Positions 41,275-51,433 of a stretch of 64,000 bases of DNA are shown one piece after another. Position 1 is the stretch's first letter; each line of letters starts with the position of its first letter. The notes under the pieces were generated by a model that made no database searches, had not been told where the DNA came from, and saw only the letters and a list, made by a program, of their open reading frames with translations. The translations under genes and the position numbers were made by a program. Source of the DNA: an uncultured Candidatus Rokubacteria bacterium (GTDB lineage Bacteria > Methylomirabilota > Methylomirabilia > Rokubacteriales > CSP1-6). The stretch is from the NCBI GenBank assembly GCA_963789955.1, contig CAWBMV010000034.1:736001-800000 (forward strand), read 5' to 3'.

Positions 41275-41912
41275 TCATCGCGCCGGATCCGTCACGATCA
41301 GCTGGATCGGTGTCGGGTTGAAGCCGTTGCAGGGGTTTCGCGTCTGCGGGCAGTTCGAGACGACCGCCAGCACGTCCATCTCCGCGCGCAGGTCGACATA
41401 GTCGCCCGGCTTGGAGATCCCGTCGACGATCGCCATGGTCCCGTCGGGCTCGACCGGCACGTTCATGAAGAAGTTGAGATTGGCCACGACATCCTTGCGG
41501 CCCAGACCGAAGGGCGCCAGCGCGCGCAGGAAGTTCGCGCGGCAGCTCGGCGTGTCCTTGACCCCGTAGCGGAGCTCGTTGCTCTCGGCGCTGCAGCAGC
41601 CTCCGATCGTGTCGTGGCGGCCGCAGGTGTCCTCGACGATCGTCAGCAGGCGCCGGCCGAGATCCGAGTAGATGCCGTGCCCCGCGCGTGAGAAAGATCG
41701 TCTTGGCGTACTTCATCGTGTCGGCGGCGTTGTAGCGCTCCTCGGGATTGGCCGCGTTGTAGCAGAGAAAGTCCACGGCCTGCCGTCCCTCGAGGTCGAC
41801 GATCCTCAAAATCTGACCCTGCTTGAGCACTCGCGCCCACGGCTCGCCGGCCGGGCACCACGCGATCCTCGACCACGCGGCCCGCCGCGCTTCCGACCGC
41901 TCGGGAGTCCAT
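41275..41912 (-). CDS. DUF1989 urea-carboxylase-associated family protein (frameshifts)
   Basis: GQILRIVDLEGRQAVDF, NLNFFMNVPV, SKPGDYVDLRAEMD, SNCPQ, CNGFNPTP. Confidence 0.88.
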
Positions 41913-42128
41913 GGCCGGGGAGTATAACGGACTCTGGTCGCCGCGGCGTCGGCGTCACCTAAAGCGTGTTTGACGAAGACCCCCCAAGCCCGATAGACTC
42001 CGCGAAGCTCGCACGGCCGCGCTCATGCTGCGAGGGAGTACCATCGTTCACATCGGCACAGGCTCTAGACGGGGGCGGATGACGGCACGGATGACAATGC
42101 TTGCGATGACCAGGGATCTCCCACGGGG

Positions 42129-43069
42129 ATGAGCTCGCCGCAGGGGTACGCCGCGCAGACTCGGACGGTCGCGGTCGCGGCCGTCCGGAAATCGCAGGTC
42201 GCGTGGCGTGATCGCGAGGCCGTGCAGGCGGTGTTGTGGGTCGGGCCCGCGTCCTCTACCTCGCCTTCTTCATCGCGTATCCGTTCGTGATGTCGCTCTA
42301 TCTGAGCGTCTCGAGCGCGCGGGTCGGCTCGCCCGAATGGCACTACGTCGGCCTCCTGAATTTCCAGCGGATCTTCGCCGATCCGGTCTTCTGGCAGACC
42401 GTGCGCAACTCGTTCGTGTTCACGTTCGCGTCCGAGCTGATCCGCCTGGTGATCGGCCTGCCGCTGGCGTTCGCGCTCAACCGGAGCTTCAAGGGCAAGC
42501 GCCTGGTGCAGGGGCTGATCCTGATCCCGTTCGTGATCCCGATCGCGCTTTCGTCGCTGGCCTGGAAATGGATGTTCGATTCGCTGTACAGCGTCATCAA
42601 CTGGATGCTGATGACCGCGCACATCATCGAATATCCCTGGCAGTGGCTGGGCGAGCCCGGCCTGGCCATGGTGTCCGTGGTCGTCCTCAACGTGTGGCGT
42701 GGCTTCCCGTTCTCGGCGGTGATCCTGCTCGCGGGATTGACCGCGGTGCCGACCGAGGTGATCGAGGCGGCCAAGATCGATGGGGCGGGCCCGTTACGCC
42801 GCTTCGTCTACGTGGTGGCCCCGATCGTGCGGCCCATCCTCTTCGTCGGCCTGCTCTACTCGATCGTGTTCTCGTTCACCGACTTCTCGGCGGTCTGGCT
42901 CCTGACTCAGGGTGGGCCCTATAACACCACCCACGTCTTCGGGACCTACGCATACAATGTCGGCATCAATGCCGGCGACATCGGGATGGGCGCCTCGATC
43001 ACCCTGTTCATGTTTCCGCTGCTGGCCGTGTTCGTGATCGTCATGCTGCGGCTGCTGAGACGGGAGTGA
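42129..43069 (+). CDS. Carbohydrate ABC transporter permease (N-terminal frameshift)
   Basis: VWRGFPF, EAAKIDGA, TQGGP. Confidence 0.88.
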
Positions 43070-43070
43070 C

Positions 43071-43919
43071 GTGAGAAGCCAGCTCTGGCGCAAGATCCGA
43101 CGCGACTACGGGCCCTACCTGCCGCTCTCTCCCTACCTGTTCATCGTCCTGTTCCCGTTCTACTGGATGATCATTACCACCTTCAAACGGGACAACGACC
43201 TCTACAATCTGACGGGGGTTCCGTTCTGGTTCAAGGAGCCCCCCACGATGCAGCACGTGCAGCTGCTGCTGCACGACACGCTGTTCTTGGTGTGGCTCAA
43301 GAACAGCCTGCTGATCGGAGTCTGCGTGGTCGTCGTGACCCTGGCCCTCGGATTGCCGGCGGCCTACGCGCTGGCCCGGATGCGCTTTCCCGGCAACCGT
43401 GCGATGTCGACGGCGATGTTTCTCTCGTATCTGATTCCGCCCGCGCTCCTGTTCCTGCCGCTCTCCCAGCTGGTGCGCGGCATCGGGTTCGGCGACTCGA
43501 TCTGGTCGCTCGTGATCGTGTACCCGTCCTTCACGTTGCCGTTCTGTACCTGGCTGCTCATGGGCTTCGTGCGGACGGTGCCGCACGAGATCGAAGAGAG
43601 CGCGCAGCTCGACGGCTGCACGCGGTTCCAGACGTTCCGGATGATCGTCCTGCCGGTCATCGTGCCCGGCATCATCACCGCGGGCATCTTCGCGTTCACC
43701 TTGACGTATCAGGAATTCATCTACGCCCTGACGTTCATTTCCGCGTCGGCGAACAAGACCATCGCGTACGGCGTCACCACCGACCTGATCCGTGGTGACG
43801 TCTTCTACTGGGGCTCGCTGATGGCTGGTGCGCTCATCGGTTCCATTCCGGTGGCGATCGTGTATGCGTTCAGCCTCGATCACTTCATCCATGGGCTGAC
43901 CGCTGGAGCTCTGAAATGA
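43071..43919 (+). CDS. Carbohydrate ABC transporter permease
   Basis: AAYALAR, EESAQLDGC, GLTAGALK. Confidence 0.92.
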   Translation: MRSQLWRKIRRDYGPYLPLSPYLFIVLFPFYWMIITTFKRDNDLYNLTGVPFWFKEPPTMQHVQLLLHDTLFLVWLKNSLLIGVCVVVVTLALGLPAAYALARMRFPGNRAMSTAMFLSYLIPPALLFLPLSQLVRGIGFGDSIWSLVIVYPSFTLPFCTWLLMGFVRTVPHEIEESAQLDGCTRFQTFRMIVLPVIVPGIITAGIFAFTLTYQEFIYALTFISASANKTIAYGVTTDLIRGDVFYWGSLMAGALIGSIPVAIVYAFSLDHFIHGLTAGALK

Positions 43920-43950
43920 GTCCATCGATCGTTCAAAGGAGGAGAAGCAC

Positions 43951-45236
43951 ATGGCACGGGTGACACGTCGTCGGTTCATTGCTACGACCGCGGCCGGCGC
44001 GGCCGTGGCCCCTCACGTATGGGTCAAGTCAGCGGCGGCCCAGTCGAAGCAGCTCTCGGTCCTGTGCTGGAGCCACTTCGTCCCGTCCTACGACAAGTGG
44101 TTCGATCAGTGGGGCCAGGAGTGGGCGGCCAAGAACAACGTCAAGCTGACGATCGACCACATCCCGCACCTGAACATCCCGGCCAAGATCGCGGCCGAGA
44201 TCGCCACGCAATCCGGCCACGACATCGTGCAGATGCCGGGCACCGGCACCGAGAAGTTCGCCCCGGCCCTGATCGATGTCCAGGACCTGGCCGACAAGCT
44301 CGGCAAGAAGTACGGCGGCTGGACGCCGCTGGCGAAGAACTTCTCCGAGGTGAAGGGGCGGTTCAAGTCGATTCCCGACTACTTCATCGACTTCCCCGGC
44401 CTCTACCGGAAAGACCTCTGGACAGAGGTCGGCATGCCGAACGGTCCGGACACCTGGGACGAGCTGCCGAGTCGGCGGCGCCAAGCTGAAAGCCAAGGGC
44501 TTCCCGCTCGGGATCGGGCTGGCGCATCACAACGACTCGCGCAACTCGTGGCGGGCCATCATGTGGTGCCACGGGGGTTCCGAGGTCGCCAAGGACGGCA
44601 AGACGATCACCTATAACTCGAAGGAAGTCCGGGAAGGCCTGAAGTACTTCAAGGCGCTCTACAAGGAAGCGATGACGCCGGAAGTGCTGGCGTGGGACGA
44701 CGCCTCCAACAACCGGCTCCTGGCCTCCGGGCGCGGCTCGTGGATCCACAATCCGATCAGCGCCTACCGGACGATCGAAGGGCAGAACAAGGAGCTGGCG
44801 GACAAGATCTTCATCCAGCTGTCGCCGCGCGGGCCGGCGGGTCGCCTCTCCTACGCCAACTGTTTGGCCTACGGCATCACGAAGTTCTCGACGAACCAGG
44901 ACGCGGCCAAGCTAGTTCCTGGAGAACCTCACCGACAACTTCAAGGAGGCGTTCCGCGCCAGCACGGGCTACGACACGCCGTTCCTGAAGGACTTCGCGA
45001 AGGGCCCGCTGCCGATCATCAGCGAGGACCCGAAGCTCAAGCCCCTGGAGAAGTCGCCGGAGTATCACTTCACGATGGGCTATCCGGGTCCGTGCTCGCC
45101 CGCCGCGGACGAGGTCTATCAGCAGTTCGTGATGATCGACGCGGTGGCGCAGTTCTGCACGGACAAGATGGATCTCGAGACGACCGTCAAGTGGGGCGAA
45201 GATAAGATCCGCGCCATCTACGCGAAGTTCGCGTAG
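43951..45236 (+). CDS. Tat-exported ABC substrate-binding protein (frameshifts)
   Basis: TRRRF Tat motif, WSHFVPSYDKWF, AWDDASNN. Confidence 0.85.
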
Positions 45237-45308
45237 GCGCTCTCCGTCGAACACCCCGCCCCGCGAGGGGCGGGGTGCCGCGCGCCCGCCGGCGCGGGAC
45301 TTTGACTC

Positions 45309-46308
45309 GTGGCAGCGACTCGACGCAGGCTCGTTCTGGCGGCGCTCCTGATCCTGGCGGCGCCGTCCGTTCCGTCACCTCAGACTCAAGCCCAGGTCGA
45401 GACGGTCGCGACGGGCGTGCTCCGGCCCCTGCAGATCGTCTGGGATGGGCATGCCCTGATCGTGCTGAGCTACAGCGCGCGCGGCGATTCCGCCGGTGAG
45501 CTCTATCGACTTCCCGATCGACAGCGGCGCGCCCGTCGATCTCACGCGGAAGCCGGCGAGGATTCCGTTCCGCGGCGCGGACGGCACCACGCTCGGCAGC
45601 CTCGCGCGCGATCCCGAATCGGGCGCGCTCTTCGTGGGCGAAGAGAATGGAACCCGCGTCTGGCGCCTCGGCGCCGACGACCGGCTGACCCTCTACGTGA
45701 CCGGGCTTCGACGCCTGGCCGGCGGCGGCACGGTCACGTTCGACCGCGCCGGACGTCTCATCTTGCTCGACTACGCCGACCCCTACGTTTCCCGCCCGGA
45801 GGAGCGGTTGCCGCCGGGGCTCGAGCAGCTTCGAATCGAGGAAGACTATCTCGGTCCGCTGGTCTTCCGTCTCGCCCTCGACACGTCCGTCGGGCTCCCG
45901 CGCCGCCTCGAGCACGTGCAGCCGTTGTACCCGCGCGGGTGGGGAAAGCGACGAGGGAGCGCCCAGCTGCCGCAGTTCACGTCGGCGACCACGCTCGCGA
46001 ACGGTGACCTGCTGCTGCTCGCGTCGAGCGGCGTCTTGTATCGCCTGGCCGCCGACGGAGGTCTCACGGTCTTCGCGGCGCTACCCCGCGGCCAGTACAC
46101 GCGCACCAACCTGGCCATGGCCGCTGCCGACGGAACCGTCTACGTCAGCGGCGGCTTTCACGTGGGGCAGGTCTTCCGGGTCTCGCGCGACGGCGCGGTC
46201 GAGACCTTGGCCTCGGATCTCGCGGATCCCGAGGGCATCGCGGTGGACGGGCGGGGCGCTGTCTACGTCGCCGAGTCGTCGCTGCATCGGATCGTGCGCC
46301 TGCGGTAG
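45309..46308 (+). CDS. Exported beta-propeller (NHL/SMP-30-like) protein (frameshift near 45520)
   Basis: Signal peptide; DPEGIAVDGRGAVYVAES repeat motif. Confidence 0.65.
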
Positions 46309-46371
46309 CGGATCGGAAGTGGTAGTGTTTCTCACTCGCAGTGACACATCACTCCTCGTCGAGGTGGACGC

Positions 46372-47155
46372 ATGACCGACATTCTGGTGCAGCACGACGG
46401 GCCGATCGCGACGGTCGTCATCAACCGACCGGCGATGCGCAACGCGATCAGCCTGGCGATGTGGACCGAGCTCTCGCGCGTGACCCAGGAGCTGGGGAAG
46501 ACCGACTCGGTCCGGGCGATCGTCTATCGCGGCGCGGGCACCGTGGCGTTCGCCTCCGGCGCCGACATCTCGGAGTTCAAGGAGCAGCGCAAGGACGTCG
46601 CGAGCGCCGCGCGCTACAACGAGCAGACCGGGGCGGCCTACTCGACGATTCGCGAGTGTCCCAAGCCGACCGTCGCGATGATCTTCGGCTTCTGCATGGG
46701 CGGGGCGATGGCCGTCGCGATGGCGTGTGACATGCGGTTCGCCGCGGAGGGTTCGAAGTTCGGTATTCCCGCCGCGCGCCTCTCCATCATCTACGGCGCG
46801 GACTCCGTCGGCCAGCTCGTCGACCTCGTCGGCCCCGCCTACGCCAAGGACATCCTGTATTCGGCGCGGACGGTCGACGACTCGCGAAGCGCTGGCGATG
46901 GGGTTCATCCAGCGGCTGCTGCCGGCGGCCGAGCTCGAGCCCTACACCTACGACTATCTGCGCAAGGTCGCCGACAACGCGCCGCTGTCGGTGAGCGGCG
47001 CCAAGGCGACGATCGAGTCGTACCTGATGGGGCTCACGGACGAGCGGCGCAAGAAGCTCCGGGACCTCGCGGTCGTGGCGACCGAGAGCGACGACTACCA
47101 GGAAGGCACGCGGGCCTTCCTGGAGAAGCGCGCGGCCAGGTTCACCGGGCGCTAG
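46372..47155 (+). CDS. Enoyl-CoA hydratase/isomerase family protein (frameshift near 46880)
   Basis: AFASGADISEF, GFCMGGA, DYQEGTRAFLEKR. Confidence 0.9.
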
Positions 47156-47166
47156 CGCGCCGGGTC

Positions 47167-48219
47167 GTGCGCTTCGAGTTCCTCACGTCGACGCCGCTGT
47201 CGCCGACCGAGGGCAGCGGGACGTTCGTCGCCATCGATGGTCTCGTCCGCGGCCTCGCGATGCTCGGCCACGAGGTCGCCGTCCGGCCGCTCGACATCCG
47301 CACCGGCTTTCACACGTTCGACCGCTGGCTCTACAACGCGCGGGTCGCGCTCGCGCCGCCGGTCGCCGACGTCACGGTCGGTGTCGACCTCGACGGATTT
47401 CTCTGGGCGCGCCGGCGCCGCGGACGCTTCGTCGTGATGCTGAAGGGGATCATCGCCGACGAGCTTCGGAACGAGCGGGGCGTGGTGCGGGCGCTGCTCG
47501 GCGTGCAGGCGCGCTGGGAGCGGCGCAACACCGCGCGCGCCGACCGGGTGTTCGTGCCGAGCCGGTACTCCGCCTCGGTCGCCCACGATGTCTACGACAT
47601 TCCGACCTCGAAGCTGGTCGTCGTCCCCGAGCCGATCGATCTCGCCGACTGGCGGCGACGCTTCGCCGAGGCCGACGGCGTGCGCGCGGTCCGCCCCACC
47701 GTGCTGTCGGTCGCACGGATGTACCCGCGCAAGCGCTTGAACGACCTGTTGCTCGCCGCCGCCATTCTCCGCGAGCGAATCCCCACGGCCCAGATTCGCA
47801 TCGTAGGGGAGGGGCCGGAGTCGGCGAGCCTGCGCGCGCTGCATCGCAAGCTCGGGCTCGGCGACACGGCGGTGCTGCTCGGTGAAGTCACGCGCCGGAT
47901 GCTCGCGGTAGAATATGTCAGCGCCCACTGTTTTTGCCTCCCGACAGTCCAGGAAGGATTCGGGCTGGTATTCGCCGAGGCCATGGCGGCCGGGCTGCCT
48001 GTGGTAGCGTGTCGAGCCGCGGCGGTGCCGGAGATCGTCGAGGATCGGCAGACCGGTTTACTCGTCAATCCGCGGAGCCCGGGCGAGCTGGCGACCGCGT
48101 TGGAGACATTGTTGACGAACAGAGAGCTCAGCGAAGAGTTCGGTCGGGTCGCGACCCAGCGAGTCGAGGCGTTCAGCCTCGAGTCGGTGGCGCGCCGCTT
48201 CCTCGAGGCGCTGCCATGA
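47167..48219 (+). CDS. Glycosyltransferase family 4
   Basis: RMYPRK, EGFGLVFAEAMAAGLPVV, EIVEDRQTGLLV. Confidence 0.88.
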   Translation: MRFEFLTSTPLSPTEGSGTFVAIDGLVRGLAMLGHEVAVRPLDIRTGFHTFDRWLYNARVALAPPVADVTVGVDLDGFLWARRRRGRFVVMLKGIIADELRNERGVVRALLGVQARWERRNTARADRVFVPSRYSASVAHDVYDIPTSKLVVVPEPIDLADWRRRFAEADGVRAVRPTVLSVARMYPRKRLNDLLLAAAILRERIPTAQIRIVGEGPESASLRALHRKLGLGDTAVLLGEVTRRMLAVEYVSAHCFCLPTVQEGFGLVFAEAMAAGLPVVACRAAAVPEIVEDRQTGLLVNPRSPGELATALETLLTNRELSEEFGRVATQRVEAFSLESVARRFLEALP

Positions 48220-48635
48220 CGGACACCGCGCGCGCCGCCAGCACCCGGCGCTTCACGTTCTCAGCCGGTCATCGCTACTGGGTCGAGAGCTGGTCTGCCG
48301 AAGAGAACGAGCGGTTCTTCGGACGGCTCACGGTTCCGCACGGCCACAACTACACGCTCGACGTCACCGTGCGCGGGCCGATCGACCCGCAGACGGGCAT
48401 GGTCATCGACCTCGCCGAGCTCAAGCGGGTGGTGGGCGAGACCGTCGTGGACCGCTTCGACCACGCGGATCTGACCGCGGACCCGCTGTTCCGCGGCCGC
48501 GTCCCCACCACCGAGAACATCGCGATCACGGTGTGGGAGCTCCTGGCGCCGAAGCTCGGCGCGGATCGGCTGTGGCAGGTGCGGGTGTGGGAGGATCCGA
48601 GCTTGTTCGTCGACTATCGAGGGCCCGATGCTTGA
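48216..48635 (+). CDS. 6-pyruvoyl-/6-carboxy-tetrahydropterin synthase family protein, copy 1 (no Cys before HGH)
   Basis: FSAGHR, HGHNY, GMVIDL, FDH, PTTENIA, VWE. Confidence 0.85.
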   Translation: MTDTARAASTRRFTFSAGHRYWVESWSAEENERFFGRLTVPHGHNYTLDVTVRGPIDPQTGMVIDLAELKRVVGETVVDRFDHADLTADPLFRGRVPTTENIAITVWELLAPKLGADRLWQVRVWEDPSLFVDYRGPDA

Positions 48636-49032
48636 GCTCACGCGCATCTATCACTTCAGCGCGGGCCATCGTCTGGCCGATCCGGCGCTCTCGGACGAAG
48701 CGAACGAGGCCCTCTACGGCCAGTGCTTCCGTCCGCACGGCCACAACTACTATCTGGAAGTCACCGTGGCCGGCCGACCGGATGCGGTGACGGGCATGGC
48801 GGTGGATCTCGGACAGATCGACGGCGCCGTGCGCGAGCGCGTGCTCGACCACGTCGATCATCGTACGCTGGAGGAAGTCCCGGCCCTGGCCGGTGTCGTG
48901 ACCACGGGCGAGGGGCTGGCGCGCGCGTTCTGGCGCCTCCTGGCGCCGGCCGTCCCGGCGGGCGCGCTCCGGCGCGTGACCGTCGTCGAGACGGCCAAGA
49001 ATCGATTCCAGTACGAAGGTGAGGCCGCGTGA
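48628..49032 (+). CDS. queD: 6-pyruvoyl-/6-carboxy-tetrahydropterin synthase family protein, copy 2
   Basis: [25 protein letters not shown]. Confidence 0.75.
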   Translation: MLELTRIYHFSAGHRLADPALSDEANEALYGQCFRPHGHNYYLEVTVAGRPDAVTGMAVDLGQIDGAVRERVLDHVDHRTLEEVPALAGVVTTGEGLARAFWRLLAPAVPAGALRRVTVVETAKNRFQYEGEAA

Positions 49033-49610
49033 TGAGCGAAGACGGAAGCATCGCGAAGCTAGTCGCGAAGATCCTGGAAGAGGTCGGCGAGGACGTCGAG
49101 CGCGAAGGCCTCGAACGGACGCCGGACCGCGTCGAGAAGGCGCTCCGCTATCTGACGTCCGGATACGAGCAGGACGCGAAGGAGATTCTGAACGACGCCA
49201 TGTTCGTCGAGGACTACGACGAGATGGTGATCGTGAAGGACATCGACTTCAGCTCGCTCTGCGAGCACCATCTGCTGCCGTTCCTCGGCAAGTGCCACGT
49301 GGCCTACATGCCCGGCCGCAAGATCGTCGGCCTGTCCAAGATCCCGCGGCTGGTCGAGATGTTCAGCCGGCGCCTGCAAGTCCAGGAGCGGCTGACGACG
49401 CAGATCGCCAGCACCATCAACGAGGTCCTGCAGCCGCGCGGCGTCGCCGTCGTGATGGAGGCGGTCCATCTGTGCATGCTGATGCGCGGCGTCGAGAAAC
49501 AGAACTCGAAGGCGATCACCTCGGCCATGCTCGGCTCGTTCCGTGACCGGCCGGAGACGCGCGCCGAGTTCATGGACCTGATCAAGTCGAGCCGGGGGCT
49601 CCAGATTTGA
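49032..49610 (+). CDS. folE: GTP cyclohydrolase I
   Basis: [35 protein letters not shown]. Confidence 0.96.
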   Translation: MSEDGSIAKLVAKILEEVGEDVEREGLERTPDRVEKALRYLTSGYEQDAKEILNDAMFVEDYDEMVIVKDIDFSSLCEHHLLPFLGKCHVAYMPGRKIVGLSKIPRLVEMFSRRLQVQERLTTQIASTINEVLQPRGVAVVMEAVHLCMLMRGVEKQNSKAITSAMLGSFRDRPETRAEFMDLIKSSRGLQI

Positions 49611-50335
49611 CCGGCCGGGGCGCGCTGCACGGTCAAGTCGCGATCGTCACCGGCGCCGGCCGCGGCGTCGGGCACGCGGTCGCGATGGCTCTCGCCCGCG
49701 AGGGGGCCACCGTGGTGCTGGCGGCGCGGACGCGTCAGCAGCTGGCCGCGACGGCGGCGGCCATTCGCGAGAGCGGGGGCACGGCGCTCGCCATCCCGAC
49801 GGACGTCACGCAGGACGGCGCGGTCGAGGCGATGGTCGAGGAGGCCGTGGCCGAGCTGGGCCGCGTCGACACGCTCGTCACCGCGGCCGGCGCCGCGTCA
49901 TTCGGTCCGGTGGTGGGCACCAAGCCTTCCGACTGGGACGCGATCCTCGCCGTGAATCTGCGCGCGGTGATGGTCTGCTGCCGTGCGGTGCTCCCGATCA
50001 TGATCCGCCAGCACCGGGGCACGATCATCAATATCGCCTCGATCGCCGCCCAGAGGGCGATCCCCGGCGCGGCCGTCTACACCGCCACGAAGGCGGGGGT
50101 GGTCGGCTTCAGCCGCGTTCTGGCGGAGGAGCTTCGCTCGGAGGGGGTGCGGGTCGGGGTACTGGTCCCGGGGGCCGTGGATACGCCCCTCTGGGATGCC
50201 ATCCCGAATCCGCCGGACCGCAGCCGCATGCTGCGGCCCGAGGACGTCGCCCGGGGCGCGGTCCTGATGGCGTCGCTGCCGCCGGGCGCCTCGCTCGAGG
50301 AGCTGACCCTGCTGCCTCAGGGCGGCATCCTCTGA
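49607..50335 (+). CDS. Short-chain dehydrogenase/reductase (possible pterin reductase)
   Basis: [23 protein letters not shown]. Confidence 0.85.
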   Translation: MTGRGALHGQVAIVTGAGRGVGHAVAMALAREGATVVLAARTRQQLAATAAAIRESGGTALAIPTDVTQDGAVEAMVEEAVAELGRVDTLVTAAGAASFGPVVGTKPSDWDAILAVNLRAVMVCCRAVLPIMIRQHRGTIINIASIAAQRAIPGAAVYTATKAGVVGFSRVLAEELRSEGVRVGVLVPGAVDTPLWDAIPNPPDRSRMLRPEDVARGAVLMASLPPGASLEELTLLPQGGIL

Positions 50336-50416
50336 CACCCCCAGGCCGGCATCCTGTGATACGATGACTTCGATCGGTTCGATTCCAGAAACGCCTGCTA
50401 GATCGGGAGGATCGCA

Positions 50417-50743
50417 ATGGTTACGATGACCGAAATCGCCGCGAAGAAAGTCTCCGAGCTTCGCCTCGAAGAAGGCAAGCCCGAATGGGGCCTTCGGATC
50501 CGTGTGGTCGGCGGTGGCTGCTCGGGCATGTCGTATGAGCTCGGCTGGGAAGACCAGGCCGCGGCCGACGACAACGTGCTCGACGCCCAGGGCATCAAGG
50601 TCTACATCGACAAGCACAGCGCGCCCTACCTCGAGGGCAGCGAGATCGACTTCGTCGACAACAACATGATGGGCGCCGGGTTCGCGATCAAGAATCCGAA
50701 CGTGAAGTCGAGCTGCGGCTGCGGTCAGTCGCACCGCTTCTAA
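50417..50743 (+). CDS. Fe-S cluster assembly accessory protein (HesB/IscA/ErpA)
   Basis: GGGCSG, NPN..SCGCGQS. Confidence 0.92.
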   Translation: MVTMTEIAAKKVSELRLEEGKPEWGLRIRVVGGGCSGMSYELGWEDQAAADDNVLDAQGIKVYIDKHSAPYLEGSEIDFVDNNMMGAGFAIKNPNVKSSCGCGQSHRF

Positions 50744-50757
50744 GCTCGCAGTCCACG

Positions 50758-51429
50758 GTGCGCGTCCGGGTTCGTCTCTTCGCCCGGTACCGAGAGGCGC
50801 TCGGACGCGAACAGCTCGAAGTCGATCTTCCTGAGGGTGGCACGGTCGAGTCTGCCTGGTCGGCGATCGCCGACCGCCACCCCGAGCTCGCGCAGTTCCG
50901 TCCATTCACCCTGTTCGCGGTCGGCCACGACTACGTCGCCGCCGACCATCGTCTGGCGCCCGACGACGAGCTCTGTCTCTTCCCGCCCGTGAGCGGCGGC
51001 TCCGCGCCCGATATCTTTCGCGTCGTGACCGAGCCGCTGTCGCCCGACGCGATCGCGGTCGAGGTGGACGACCCGGGTGCCGGCGGCGTCGTCATCTTCT
51101 CGGGGGTCGTCCGGAACCAGACCGGCGGCCGACCGGTCAAGTATCTCGAGTACGAGGCGCACGCGACGATGGCCGAGGTGAAGATGCGCGAGATCGGCCA
51201 GACCGTGCGCTCGCGATGGCCGGGCGTGCAACGCGTCGCGATGCTCCACCGTACCGGGCGCCTGGAGATCGGCGAGGCGAGTGTGCTCATCGCCGTCTCG
51301 GCCCAGCACCGCGGCGATGCGTTCGAAGCGTGCCGCTACGCGATCGACACCCTCAAGCGCACGGTGCCCGTGTGGAAGAAGGAGTACTTCGAGGACGGCG
51401 AGGTCTGGGTGGGGCTCCAGGGCGGCTAG
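50758..51429 (+). CDS. Molybdopterin synthase MoaD-MoaE fusion (MoaX-like)
   Basis: LFARYRE...FPPVSGG, then FSGVVR, LEYEAH, HRTGRL, PVWKKE. Confidence 0.9.
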   Translation: MRVRVRLFARYREALGREQLEVDLPEGGTVESAWSAIADRHPELAQFRPFTLFAVGHDYVAADHRLAPDDELCLFPPVSGGSAPDIFRVVTEPLSPDAIAVEVDDPGAGGVVIFSGVVRNQTGGRPVKYLEYEAHATMAEVKMREIGQTVRSRWPGVQRVAMLHRTGRLEIGEASVLIAVSAQHRGDAFEACRYAIDTLKRTVPVWKKEYFEDGEVWVGLQGG

Positions 51430-51433
51430 GCGC

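Noticed and set aside
41912..42128. Possible guanidine riboswitch upstream of the DUF1989 gene
   Set aside because: No recognisable ykkC or mini-ykkC motif by eye; the region looks like back-to-back promoters (TTGACG 41970, TAGACT 41994). An Rfam scan would be decisive.
42129..45236. Sugar ABC cluster lacking an ATPase
   Set aside because: Sharing a remote MsiK/MalK-type ATPase is common.
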